64,000 nt of DNA from an uncultured Acidobacteriota bacterium (GCA_963804995.1 CAWDSK010000002.1:1-64000), one strand, 5' to 3'. Positions 1 through 10,391 are shown, counted from the first letter of the stretch. A program made the numbers and translations. The notes: generated by a model not told the origin, from the sequence alone.

Positions 1-133
1 TCAGGGCTTTTCGCTTCAAGGCGTAAAAGCTTTCCCGCAGCAGATCGACCGTTAAGTGGTGGAGCAAGGCCGTGAACTTCATCTCCCTGTGTTCCTTCGC
101 GGCTTTCCGCACACCCGCGAGTCCCTGGGACAC
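1..133 (-). CDS. ltrA: Group II intron reverse transcriptase/maturase, N-terminal part (partial)
   Basis: Manual translation gives VSQGLAGVRKAAKEHREMKFTALLHHLTVDLLRESFYALKRKA, a typical RT domain-0 start. It is cut by the window edge. Confidence 0.85.
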   Translation of the reverse strand, partial: MSQGLAGVRKAAKEHREMKFTALLHHLTVDLLRESFYALKRKAL

Positions 134-649
134 GCGTGCCCCGCTCTGTGTCGGGTGCGTGTTAGGCCAACGGGTGTTCTCCTTGATCAGCGGCCTTCCC
201 TCCTCATTCTCCGCCAACGGCTTCCCGTCTTTGTTCAAATGATTCATCGGTACTGTTCCGCTGTCCGACTCCTCGAAAGCGTGCAGGCGGGCTGTACGGC
301 CATCGCCTTTTCCCGCCGTCCGGCCACGATCTACGGCGGCCGGCGCCTCCGAGGTCTCCCGGTTCTCGTGCAGAAAGTGTCTAGGCGTGTCTGGGGTCTA
401 CGACTACGCAGGACTGTGCCGGAACTCGCGTTGGCGTCCCGGCCTCATGTTGCCTTCCGTTTAGTCTGAAAACGTCGGCGTCCTGATTGGACATTTTCGA
501 AGCTCAATACCCAGCCCACCTATTCCCCTGTTTACGCTTCACCGTGCGCCTCACGACGCCCAGCGCAAAACTCGGGGCCGAGTGGATCGCTGCTCCTTCC
601 TCGTGAGAAATTTTCATTCTCTGCTTTCTGCCGGTTTATCCCGGCGCAC
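1..649 (-). mobile_element. Group II intron, 5' portion (continues beyond window start)
   Basis: Minus strand begins GTGCGCCGGGATAAACCGGC at 649, the canonical GUGYG 5' end. About 500 nt of non-coding sequence follow, then the N-terminus of an intron-encoded RT/maturase. Confidence 0.9.
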
Positions 650-781
650 CAGACCCCTGATCTTTGGGGTCTGCGTCACTTTCGAAAAACTGCACGACTC
701 AACCACAGAGATCTGCTCGCAGAATCAGCGGCGCCAATCTGAGCAAGAACCGCGGACCCCAAAAGCGGGGGACCGCGCTAC
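650..781. repeat. GTAG-type REP doublet, left member interrupted by the intron
   Basis: Hairpin CAGACCCC-N8-GGGGTCTGCG (650-675) and inverted partner CGCGGACCCC..GGGGGACCGCGCTAC (751-781). Same family as 37212-37295 and 43278-43578. Confidence 0.7.
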
Positions 782-1245
782 GAAAGTGACCCCTCGCGCT
801 TCCCGATCAAGTGCATCGGGACAGCGCGCCACCCTCTCCCCTCGGAGAGGGCTAGAGTTCTACTCCACTTCTTCTCACCCGCTACCTATGCCGGCTGAGG
901 ATCGGGAGAGGCGGCTGCTTCCGTCCTCGTTCCGGCCAGCAACCTGCCACTCGCCTTGAAGTTGTGTTTCTGACATCCATTCTGTAAGATGTGGGGTCTT
1001 GACCCGCGCCTTGACTCGGCTGCAACATGGCCCAAGGTCAAGGTGCGGGCCGTTTCTTGAGGGGAAAGCTATTTCCCTCGGTTGGCGCTATAACCAGCAA
1101 GACTTAGGGACCAGCCACCAACCCGCCCCTTGCACTGCAAAGTAGTCACCTGGCCCGAATCGTCCCTGGTGATTTACCCTTGCCGTGAAGGTGTCTCAGG
1201 ACAAGCCGAGGCCGCATCATATCGAGAATCTTAAGGAGGCATCGT

Positions 1246-2553
1246 ATGGAAAAGGAAACTCGTCGATCGTTCATGAAGAAAATGGGAATGGCTTCGGCAC
1301 TGGGAACCGGGACGTTCCTGAATTGGAATCCGCGCGCCGTAGGGGCGAACGAGAAGGTGGTGCTCGCGCTGATTGGCGGACACAATCAAGGCCGCGGTGA
1401 CGCCCTGCGCGCCATCCAACGAGGGGGAGAGTTCAAGACCTTCTGCGACATTGACCAGGCCGTACTCGACAAGGTCAATCCGGACCTGGAAAAGGCCCAG
1501 GGCAAGAAACCTGAGACCACGAAAGACTTCATGAAAGTGCTGGATGACAAGGACATTGATGGCGTCATCATTGCCGTGCCTGACCACTGGCACGCTCGCA
1601 TCGCCATTCTGGCCTGCCAGGCGGGCAAGGACGTTTACATCGAGAAGCCGTTGACCCAGACCATCCACGACGGGAAGCTGGTTGTCGCAGCAGCGCGCAA
1701 GTACAAGCGGATTGCCCAGATGGGCGTGCAGAATCGGAGCATGGACCACTTCAAAACCGCTTTCGAACAACTGGGGAAACTGGGGAAAATCTGCGAAATC
1801 ACGGGAGCGATGTACCAGGTGCGCGAGACCATTGGCAACCCGCCGGATGGCGACCCGCCCTCCACGGTCGACTATGACGTTTGGCTGGGGCCGGCGCCCA
1901 AGCGTCCCTTCAATCCGAACCGCTTCCATTACACCTGGCGGTTTTTCTGGGACTACGGTAACAGCGAGCTGGGCAATCAAGGCGTGCACGGACTGGATGT
2001 GGTTATGTGGGGCATCGCCACCCTGCGGGGTGGAATACAGAACATTCTTCCCACGCACGTCTCCGGCCATTCCGGGATCTATTGGCTCAAGGATGCGAAG
2101 GAGGTTCCCGACACCCAGGTCCTGACCTACGATTTCGGCGACTTCATGCTGAAATGGGAGCTCCGCAGCTTTTCCAGTGTAAGTCCCCACGACAAAGATC
2201 CGGAGGACATCGGTTTCCACGGCTCCGACGCTACCCTCATAGTCGGCCGCGAAGGCTGGAGGGTTTACCCCAAGGACGGGAGCAAGGGACCCGGCGAAGA
2301 TATTCCGGAGGAAAGGTCGCCGGGCTCACACGAACGGAACTTCATGGATTGCATCAAGAGCCGGCAGCAACCCAACGCGGATGTGGAGACCGGTCGGCTC
2401 TCCACCACGATTTGCCACTTGGGAAATGTCTGCACTCACCTGGGTCGCGACGTGGTCTTCGATCCCAAGACCGAAACCTTTGGCCATGACAAGGAGGCTA
2501 ACGCCCTCCTGACCAAAGAACATCGCAAGCCCTATGAATTGCCCAAGGTCTAG
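1246..2553 (+). CDS. Tat-exported Gfo/Idh/MocA-family NAD(P)-dependent oxidoreductase
   Basis: TRRSFMKK Tat motif; AVPDHWH, DVYIEKP and LGPAP motifs; RBS AAGGAGG. Confidence 0.92.
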   Translation: MEKETRRSFMKKMGMASALGTGTFLNWNPRAVGANEKVVLALIGGHNQGRGDALRAIQRGGEFKTFCDIDQAVLDKVNPDLEKAQGKKPETTKDFMKVLDDKDIDGVIIAVPDHWHARIAILACQAGKDVYIEKPLTQTIHDGKLVVAAARKYKRIAQMGVQNRSMDHFKTAFEQLGKLGKICEITGAMYQVRETIGNPPDGDPPSTVDYDVWLGPAPKRPFNPNRFHYTWRFFWDYGNSELGNQGVHGLDVVMWGIATLRGGIQNILPTHVSGHSGIYWLKDAKEVPDTQVLTYDFGDFMLKWELRSFSSVSPHDKDPEDIGFHGSDATLIVGREGWRVYPKDGSKGPGEDIPEERSPGSHERNFMDCIKSRQQPNADVETGRLSTTICHLGNVCTHLGRDVVFDPKTETFGHDKEANALLTKEHRKPYELPKV

Positions 2554-2576
2554 AATCAAACTAAGGGAGGCATTAT

Positions 2577-3901
2577 ATGGAGAAGGAAACACGCAGGTCG
2601 TTCATGAAGAAAATGGGAGTGGCTTCAGCGCTCGGGACTGGAGGATTTCTGAATTTGAACCCTCGCGCCCTGGGAGCCAATGAGAAAGTAGTGCTGGGCC
2701 TGATCGGCGGACGCAATCAAGGCCGCAACGATGCCCTGCTGGCCATCGGGCGAGGGGCGGAAATCAAGACCTTCTGTGATCTTGACCAGGCCATCCTCGA
2801 CGAAATCAATCCGCTACTGGAGAAGGCTCAGGGCAAGGCCCCCGGCACCACCAAGGAGTTCCAGCGGCTGCTCGACGACAAGGATATTGATGGCGTTATC
2901 ATCGCCGTTCCGGACCACTGGCACGCCCGCATCGGAATTATGGCTTGCCAAGCGGGTAAGGACATTTACATTGAGAAGCCGTTGACGCAATGCATTCACG
3001 ATGGGCAGATGGTTCGCGATGCGGCGCGCAAGTATAAGCGGATTGCCCAGGTGGGCACGCAGAATCGGAGCGGCAGAAACTTTCAAAGCGCCATTGAGTT
3101 TCTAAAGACCGGCAAGCTGGGAAAAATCTGCGAGGTCACGACCTGGGAATGCCAACTGCGCCCGACTATCGGCAATCCGCCGGATTCAGCGATCCGCCCG
3201 CGACGGTGGACTACGACGTGTGGCTGGGGCCCGCCCCCAAGCGCCCGTTCAATACCAACCGCTTCCACTACAACTGGCGCTTCTTCTGGGATTATTGCAA
3301 CACGGAACTGGGAAACCAGGGAGTTCACATGATCGATGTCGCTCTCTGGGGCATTCAGACCTTGAAAGGGGTGGAAAACTGCCTGCCCACGCACGTTTCC
3401 GGAAGCTCCGGAATTTACTGGCTGGACGATGCGAAGGAAGTTCCCGACACGCAAATCCTCACCTATCAGTACCCCGACTTCGTGTTTACCTGGGAACTGC
3501 GCAGCTTCGCCAAGCACCGTCCCATTGATGGACACCGGGAGGGGATCGGCTTCATCGGGACAGAGGGGAGCCTGATGATTCACGGCGAAGGCTACTACGG
3601 CAGTTGGAGCGTCACCTACAAAGATGGGAGTCCGGGCCCCTCCGCTGAACCCGAGAACAAGTCTGAAGATGGCCTGCATGAATTGAATTTCATGGAGTGC
3701 ATCAAGAGCCGCCAGACACCCAACGCGGATATTGAGTTGGGCCGGTTGGCCACCACGATGTGCCACTTGGGAAATATCCACACGCACCTGAAGCGGGATA
3801 TTATCTTCGATCCCAAGACCGAAACCTTTGGGCATGATAAGGAAGCGAATGCGTATCTTGCCAAGAAGCATCGCGAGCCTTATGGATTGCCGAAGGTTTA
3901 A
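2577..3901 (+). CDS. Second Tat-exported Gfo/Idh/MocA oxidoreductase (paralog), frameshift near 3187
   Basis: ORFs 2577-3332 and 3149-3901 join into a full-length paralog of 1246-2553. There are two extra bases in CCGGATTCAGCGATCCG. Confidence 0.85.
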
Positions 3902-3992
3902 AGGCTGATGTGGACAACGCGCCATTCCTTGCATACCTTAAGTGCAGGCGACCAGGGCTTCTTCAGTCTTCGCCGCCCAGGAGGAGTACTCC

Positions 3993-4964
3993 ATGAGAGA
4001 ATCGCTATCACGTCGTAAGTTCCTGCAAGTATCATCTGCGGCAGCTTGGGCAGCCGGCGCGCTTCCCCTTGCCATGCGCTCCGCCGCTCGACCCGCCCGA
4101 GGGCCCTACCGGGGCACGTTCTGCTTTTTCTCGAAGGCGGTTCCCCAGTTCACCTGGCAAGAGTTAGCGAAGAGCACCAAGGCCGCAGGCTTCGGGGGAG
4201 TCGACTTGACCGTGCGGCGGGGAGGATTGGTGGCGCCGGAGCGTGCGGCGGAAGACCTGCCCAAGGCGGTAGAGGCTATCCGCGCGGAAGGCTTGGAAGT
4301 TCCGATGATCACCACGGGGCTGCTCACCGCCGACCATCCCACGGCCGTGCCGATCTTGAGCGCCGCCCAGAAGCTCAAGATCCCCTATTTGAAGCCCGGC
4401 TACTACCACTACAAATTCATCGATGTGCGCAAGGAGCTGGAAGAAGCCAGCAATCAATTCAAAGGGTTGGTGGAACTGGCGACGAAGTACGAGGTGCAGG
4501 TGGGGTTTCACAATGATTACAACTTCGTCGGGTCTCAAACCTGGGATATTTCCCGCGTGATGGACACCTTGGACCCGAAATGGGCCGGATACTACTTCGA
4601 TCTCGAAAACGCCACCATCCAGGGGGGCGCAGAGGGTTGGAGAATCGCCGCCAACCTCGCCATGCCGCGCCTGAAGATGGTCGGCGCCAAGGATTTCTAT
4701 TGGGTGAAAACCGAGCCGGAAGGTTGGCACGAAATCGGCTGTCCGTTGGGTCAGGGGATGTGTAACTACAAACTATTCCTGCGCATGATTGCGGATGCGC
4801 ATTTCCACGGCCCCATCTCCCTGCACCTGGAGTACTCGGTTCCGGGTGCGTCCGACCCTGAGGGCGTCGCCTATTCGCGCCAGAAGTGTGACGACATGAT
4901 GGTCGCCGCGAAAGCGAATCTTGAAACCCTGAAAGCGCTGGTGCACGAAGCCTACGAAACTTAG
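3993..4964 (+). CDS. Tat-exported xylose-isomerase-like TIM-barrel protein (sugar phosphate isomerase/epimerase family)
   Basis: SRRKFLQ Tat motif; GFGGVDLTVR, FHN, KDF and ISLHLEY motifs; GGAG RBS. Confidence 0.85.
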   Translation: MRESLSRRKFLQVSSAAAWAAGALPLAMRSAARPARGPYRGTFCFFSKAVPQFTWQELAKSTKAAGFGGVDLTVRRGGLVAPERAAEDLPKAVEAIRAEGLEVPMITTGLLTADHPTAVPILSAAQKLKIPYLKPGYYHYKFIDVRKELEEASNQFKGLVELATKYEVQVGFHNDYNFVGSQTWDISRVMDTLDPKWAGYYFDLENATIQGGAEGWRIAANLAMPRLKMVGAKDFYWVKTEPEGWHEIGCPLGQGMCNYKLFLRMIADAHFHGPISLHLEYSVPGASDPEGVAYSRQKCDDMMVAAKANLETLKALVHEAYET

Positions 4965-5872
4965 AGCTTATCCGTAAATAATAGTTGAAGCCTGCTACAA
5001 TTTGATGCATGATTATGACCCAAGATGCCGCAGATAAAATCTTGGGAAGTATCCGACGAGTTTTGGGTGAAAGTCGAACCGCTGATTCCCGTTCGACAGC
5101 GGTCGAAAGGCCGAAAGTATAGGCGGAAGCCGGGGGGTGGGAGGAAGCCGATGCCGGCGCGCCGGATCTTCTCGGCCATTGTGTATGTGCTACGCACGGG
5201 GTGTCAGTGGAGGGCCTTGCCCAAGGAATTCGGCAGCGCGAGCGCGATCCACAAGCATTTTCAACAGTGGCAGCGGGCGGGTTTCTTTCTGGCGCTGTGG
5301 CGGTCGGGGCTGGCTGAGTACGATGATCTGGAGGGCATTGCCTGGGACTGGCAAAGCATCGACGGGGCCTTGGTGAAAGCCCCTCTGGCCTTGGCGTGTG
5401 TGGGACCGAATCCCACGGATCGGGGAAAAAAATGGGCGCAAGCGAAGTTTGTTAGTCGACGGGCGTGGCGTCCCACTGTCGCTCGCCGTCAGCGGAGCCA
5501 ACGTCCATGATGTGAAGCTGCTGGCCACCACCCTCGACCAGGTGGTGAGAGCGCGACCAGCGCCGAGACCGAGAAAGCCCCAGCACCTCTGCGCCGATGC
5601 GGGTTACAAGGGATCCCCCGCTCGGCAAGCGGCCACGAACCGCCACTACCGGCCGCATATCAAGCAACGGCGAGAAGAGATGAAAGCAAAGCGCCTCGTC
5701 CCCGGTTACAAGGCGCGCCGCTGGGTGGTCGAGCGGACCCATTCCTGGCTCAACCGATACCGTAAGGTGTTGGTGAGCTTTGAAAAGACCGAGGAAAGCT
5801 ATATCGCCTTACTGACCTTAGCCGCGGCCATGATCTGCTGGCGACAGACGATTATTATTTACGGATAAGCTC
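4964..5872 (+). mobile_element. IS5-family insertion sequence, 909 bp, copy 1
   Basis: Terminal IRs GAGCTTATCCGTAAATAAT / ATTATTTACGGATAAGCTC; TTA duplication (4961-63, 5873-75); two overlapping transposase ORFs. Confidence 0.95.
5025..5868 (+). CDS. IS5-family transposase, split ORFs with probable programmed -1 frameshift
   Basis: YVLRTGCQWRALP, SIDG, ADAGY and RWVVERTHSWL motifs; slippery GGGGAAAAAAA near 5422-5432. Confidence 0.9.
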
Positions 5873-5919
5873 TTAGTCTTCCGCCCCATCCCTAACCCCG
5901 GAAGGGGAGGTAGGGCAGT

Positions 5920-5990
5920 TCACCACTGAGGCACTGAGACACTGAGTCAAGAAACATTTGTTTGTCTTGATACTCAGTGCCTCTGTGGTT
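5920..5990. repeat. Hairpin repeat built from CAC(T/A)GAG(G/A) octamers, left flank of the GxxExxY gene
   Basis: TCACCACTGAGGCACTGAGACACTGAG..CTTGATACTCAGTGCCTCTGTGGTT; direct-repeat copy at 6394-6472. Confidence 0.85.
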
Positions 5991-6005
5991 CTTCCCAGCT
6001 TCACT

Positions 6006-6380
6006 TTAGAGCACCATGCGCTTGATTCCTTGACGCAGCGCAGGGACATTGAAATTCAGAATGAGCCCCGTATGAATTCCCGCCAGGCGCAGGTAAGTAA
6101 GGAGCTGGGCTTCATGGATGGGCAGAAGTCGGTCCACGGTTTTCAGCTCTAGAATTACTTGACCTTCCACAATCACGTCCAGCCTGTAGCCACAGTCGAG
6201 GTGAACTCCCTTATAAACCACAGGTAAGGGCTGCTGTCGAGTGAAAGCAATTCCCCCCAGCCGCAATTCGTGGCACAAGCACTCTTCGTACGCGGATTCG
6301 AGAAGACCCGGTCCAAGCACACGATGGACCTCAATCGCTGCGCCAATTATTCTTTCCGTCAGCGGATCGTTATCAATCAT
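6006..6380 (-). CDS. GxxExxY protein (PD-(D/E)XK nuclease superfamily)
   Basis: IIGAAIEVHRVLGPGLLESAYEECL, YRLDVIVEGQVILELK and AQLLTYLRL..GLILNFN motifs. Confidence 0.93.
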   Translation of the reverse strand: MIDNDPLTERIIGAAIEVHRVLGPGLLESAYEECLCHELRLGGIAFTRQQPLPVVYKGVHLDCGYRLDVIVEGQVILELKTVDRLLPIHEAQLLTYLRLAGIHTGLILNFNVPALRQGIKRMVL

Positions 6381-6393
6381 TCTTTGTTCCGAA

Positions 6394-6472
6394 TCACCAC
6401 TGAGGCACAGAGACACTAAGTGAAAAGGTTTTTGCTTTTCTTGATACTCAGTGCCTCTGTGCCTCTGTGGTT
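6394..6472. repeat. Hairpin octamer repeat, right flank of the GxxExxY gene
   Basis: TCACCACTGAGGCACAGAGACACTAAG..CTTGATACTCAGTGCCTCTGTGCCTCTGTGGTT. Confidence 0.85.
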
Positions 6473-6481
6473 CACCCCCCC

Positions 6482-7906
6482 TTAACCCATCACTTCCTGA
6501 ATCGCGGCCTTCAGACGCTCCTCGCTAGGCGGACCCACGAAGGAGGCAGTTGGTTCGTACCCTCCCTCTGCCGGGGACTTGTCCATGCAGATGTACCCCG
6601 TGCCGAGTTCCCCATAGGCGGCGGTGGCAAGGAAGTCATTGGGGCGCAGGCTTTCGGCGTACAGTTGGTACTCTACAAATGCCTCGCCCGGAAGGTGCAG
6701 GATCCCGGCGGGCCCCAGCCGATAGCAACTAATATCCACCGCGGGTCGGGTTTTCAGCCGCTCGTACCAAGCAAGCCCCATGGCCGCTCTGGTGCGCTGA
6801 TGATAGGGCTGGTTGGCGTCAAAGATTATTTCGCGGAAATGCTCTTCTGAGAAATTCGGCTCGGTGCGACGGGCGAATCGGACCTCCGCCGTCTTCCACC
6901 CAATCTCCGTGAGCTTGGCCTTCTGGGTTGCGGCGATCGCTTCGCGCATCCCTTGTTGCAGCCGGTCAGCCAATTGAGCACGCAGCGGCACAGAGCCATC
7001 GTTGTACTTCCCCGCCGCGACATTGCCACAACAGCCGGTAAAGTAAATCTGGGGGACCCCCTCCCCCTTCTCCATGTGATCCCGCGCCAAACCGATGGTT
7101 TCGGGATTCATATGCCCTTTGCCATAATAACTTTGAGGATGCGAGGCATAATAGTGCAACCGGACCAGGGGCTTGTCATGATCGAAAAACGATACCGTAC
7201 GCACCCACGGGTCGATTAACCCCTCCGGCGCCGCAATCAGGACGGGATCATTACAGTGGCTCAGGCGGATGCCAATGCTGCCATTGGGCATGGGGACGCG
7301 CCGATTGGACGCGAATTTTTCCACTTTCCCTTTGCCCCAACCGACGTGCGTGCAGGGTTTGAGCTCCTTAAGGGCATCCCCGGCGGCAGCGGCAACCCGG
7401 TCGGAGCAGGATTCGATGAACGCCGGCTGCCCCAGGTACGGAGGCGCGGGCACCATGTCCAGCAGCATGTCGGCCGTCGTATCGTAAAACGGCGCGTCGT
7501 GCTGGTGAAGCGAGTGCACCTCAACCTGAAGCTCGTTGACCCCCACGGCATTGGCAATTTTCCTGCGAAACAAATCGTGCGCACCCGTCCGCAGCTCGCA
7601 ATAATCCACCCCGCACAGGACGTAGCGCGTTCGCCCGTCCGCTAAGATGATTCCTTTGGCCTGTAGGGGAATGTCGATGCTGGTAGCGATAGGGGGATCG
7701 CATTCCTCCAACGGACTTCCCACGGGAGGCGTGACATCGCATGTGAACACTGCCACGCGAATCCCCGATCCCGCCGAGGGAGAGCCCCGGAGCGCCGCAG
7801 CGCCGGGGTCAGCCGCTACCGTGGTCTTGGTTGCGGCACCTGCGGCTGCCACGCCCAGAGAAGCTCTCTCCAGAAATTTTCGTCGCGTTAGATTGCTGTC
7901 CCTCAT
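6482..7906 (-). CDS. Tat-exported hypothetical hydrolase, neutral-ceramidase-like
   Basis: TRRKFLE Tat motif; DVTPPVG, HQHDAP, YASHP, TGCCGN and LPGEAFVEYQL motifs; GGAGG RBS. Confidence 0.7.
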   Translation of the reverse strand: MRDSNLTRRKFLERASLGVAAAGAATKTTVAADPGAAALRGSPSAGSGIRVAVFTCDVTPPVGSPLEECDPPIATSIDIPLQAKGIILADGRTRYVLCGVDYCELRTGAHDLFRRKIANAVGVNELQVEVHSLHQHDAPFYDTTADMLLDMVPAPPYLGQPAFIESCSDRVAAAAGDALKELKPCTHVGWGKGKVEKFASNRRVPMPNGSIGIRLSHCNDPVLIAAPEGLIDPWVRTVSFFDHDKPLVRLHYYASHPQSYYGKGHMNPETIGLARDHMEKGEGVPQIYFTGCCGNVAAGKYNDGSVPLRAQLADRLQQGMREAIAATQKAKLTEIGWKTAEVRFARRTEPNFSEEHFREIIFDANQPYHQRTRAAMGLAWYERLKTRPAVDISCYRLGPAGILHLPGEAFVEYQLYAESLRPNDFLATAAYGELGTGYICMDKSPAEGGYEPTASFVGPPSEERLKAAIQEVMG

Positions 7907-8317
7907 AAGAAATCCCTCCTTAAAATTCTTGATATCATTGCGACACGCTTCACGCCGGACCAAATTAGGAAATCACGACCCTAAGAGCCGGCAATCTTAG
8001 CACTCAAGTGTCAGGGATTGAAATGGCTTTGGCGCTGGTGTGGTGCGTCGCAAATATAGCACTTGTAGCAGCACTTATTACGGCACATGTCGCGCCGACC
8101 TTTAGGTCGGCATGGTCTGAGCTCAAGCTCAGCGCTACCAGCCGTAACCACCGCGCCAACATAACCACCCCGTTGCCTACGGCGCCACCCCTCCTGAATC
8201 AGGCGGGGAGTTCCGCTTTAAAGCTCCCCAGCCTAAGATGAGGAGCGGTGGCGCAATGAGCGACGCAGTGGTTTTTATAGGATGTAAGCCGTTTATTTGC
8301 AACGTATTAAAATTTAT

Positions 8318-8347
8318 ATTGACAATGGTTGACTCAAGATTTATTCT
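8318..8347 (+). promoter_or_regulatory. Sigma70-type dnaK promoter overlapped by a HAIR-like HspR operator
   Basis: TTGACA (8319-24), 17 bp, TATTCT (8342-47). ATTGACA-N7-ACTCAAG (8318-38) resembles the HAIR consensus CTTGAGT-N7-ACTCAAG. An hspR gene lies downstream. Confidence 0.75.
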
Positions 8348-8443
8348 AACTCGCGACTAATAGGAGGCGCCGGCCTTTTGGAGGCGCAGGGCACCCCTAA
8401 ATAGCTGGCGCTAGCGTGCTGGCGCGAGGAGGTAGGGAGCATT

Positions 8444-10391
8444 ATGGGCAAGATTATTGGAATCGACCTTGGAACAACGAACTCGGTGGTGGCGGTGATG
8501 GAAGGCGGCGAGCCTACGGTCATCACCAACCCTGAGGGTGGCCGCACGACCCCGTCGGTAGTGGCCTTCACCAAGACCGGAGAGCGGCTGGTGGGGCAGG
8601 TGGCCAAGCGGCAATCCATCACGAACCCCGAAAACACCATTTACTCGATTAAACGGTTCATGGGGCGGCGCTTTAACGAAGTGCAGAGCGAAATCAAGAC
8701 GGTGCCCTATAAGGTAACGTCCGGCCCGAACGGCAATGCGCGGGTGGAGGCTCTGGGCAAGGAATATTCGCCTCCGGAGATTTCCGCCATGATCCTTCAG
8801 AAAATGAAGGACGCGGCGGAACAGCATCTGGGCGAAAAGATCACCCAGGCGGTGATCACCGTGCCGGCCTATTTCAACGACGCGCAGCGGCAAGCCACCA
8901 AAGACGCGGGCAAAATCGCGGGCCTGGAGGTTCTGCGCATCGTAAATGAGCCGACGGCGGCGGCGCTCGCCTACGGCCTCGACAAAAAGAAAGACGAAAC
9001 CATCGCGGTCTACGACTTCGGCGGCGGCACGTTCGATATTTCCATCCTGGAAGTGGGTGAAGGCGTGGTGGAGGTGAAGTCGACCAACGGTGACACGCAC
9101 CTGGGTGGCGACGACATTGACAAGCGCGTCATGGACTGGATTGTCGAAGAGTTTCGCAAGGACCAGGGTATTGACCTCTCGAAAGACCGCATGGCCCTCC
9201 AGCGTCTGAAGGAAGCCGCGGAGAAGGCCAAGATGGAACTCTCCACGGTGCTGGAGACGGAGATCAATCTCCCCTTCATCACGGCGGACGCCTCCGGCCC
9301 CAAGCACCTCGCCTTGAAACTGACGCGGTCGCGTTTCGAGCAGATGTGCGAAGACATATTCCAGCGCTCGGTTGGCCCCACGAAGCAAGCACTCAAGGAT
9401 GCCGGGCTTACACCCGACAAGATTGACGAAGTGGTGCTGGTCGGTGGCTCCATCCGCATCCCGCGGGTGCAACAGATCGTGAAAGATCTCTTTGGCGGCA
9501 AAGAACCTCACAAGGGAGTGAACCCGGATGAAGTTGTGGCAGTAGGCGCGGCCATTCAAGCGGGGGTGCTGGGCGGCGAGGTAAAAGACCTGCTGCTTCT
9601 CAACGTGACCCCGCTGACCTTAGGCGTGGAAACTCTGGGCGGCGTGATGACGCCCCTCATTCAGCGCAACACGACAATTCCCACGCGCAAGGCTGAGACG
9701 TTCTCAACGGCTGCGGAAAACCAGATGTCTGTGGAGATCCATGTCCTGCAAGGCGAACGGCCGATGGCAAAGGACAACCGCACCCTGGGCAAGTTTCACT
9801 TGGTGGGGATTCCCCCGGCTCCGCGCGGGGTACCGCAGATTGAAGTGACGTTTGACATTGACGCCAACGGCATCCTGAACGTGTCTGCGAAGGATTTGGG
9901 CACGGGCAAGGAGCAGAAGATCACCATAACCTCCTCCAGCGGTCTCAGTAAGGAAGAAGTGGAGCGCATGACCAAGGAAGGTGAACTCCACGCGGACGAG
10001 GACCGGCAGCGCAAAGATGAAGTTGAGATCAAGAACAAAGCCGATTCGCTGGTGTACTCTGTTCGAGAAATTGCTGAAAGAGAACAAGGAGAAGATTTCC
10101 GAGGCGGACGTCAAAAACATCGAGGCCGCCGTGGAAGAAGCGAAGAAGGCCATTCAGGAAGGTGATATGGGCAAGATCAACTCAACCGTCGAAAAGTTGA
10201 CCTCTGCTTCGCACAAGCTGGCGGAAGCCATGTACAAGCAGGCGGCCTCTTCCAAGCCGGGAGCGGACGCTGGAGCAGGCGCTACGGGCGCCCCCGAGGG
10301 GCCCACTGACGGGGAAGCCAAAGGCAAGCCCAAAGGCGAGGGCGAGGTGATCGACGCCGAGGTTGTGGACGACGATAAGAAAAAGAGTTGA
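8444..10391 (+). CDS. dnaK: Chaperone DnaK (Hsp70); one extra base near 10063, probable sequencing error
   Basis: [17 protein letters not shown] and DFGGGTFD motifs. The C-terminal lid ([17 protein letters not shown]) continues in ORF 9981-10391. Confidence 0.96.

Noticed and set aside
1..133. DGR or retron reverse transcriptase
   Set aside because: The GTGCG boundary and the N-terminal sequence identify a group II intron IEP.
7997..8023. CIRCE element upstream of dnaK
   Set aside because: Only the left half (TTAGCACTC) is present. The right arm reads GGATTGAAA, and the site is about 320 nt from the promoter.
8411..9559. Long antisense ORF opposite dnaK, and similar shadows at 1231-2220, 22331-23488, 47476-49017 and 59581-60558
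   Set aside because: These are antisense shadows expected from GC-rich codon bias; they show no independent motifs.
8444..10391. dnaK as a true pseudogene
   Set aside because: A single-base break in a context shared with other frameshifts, with no other decay; probably an artefact.
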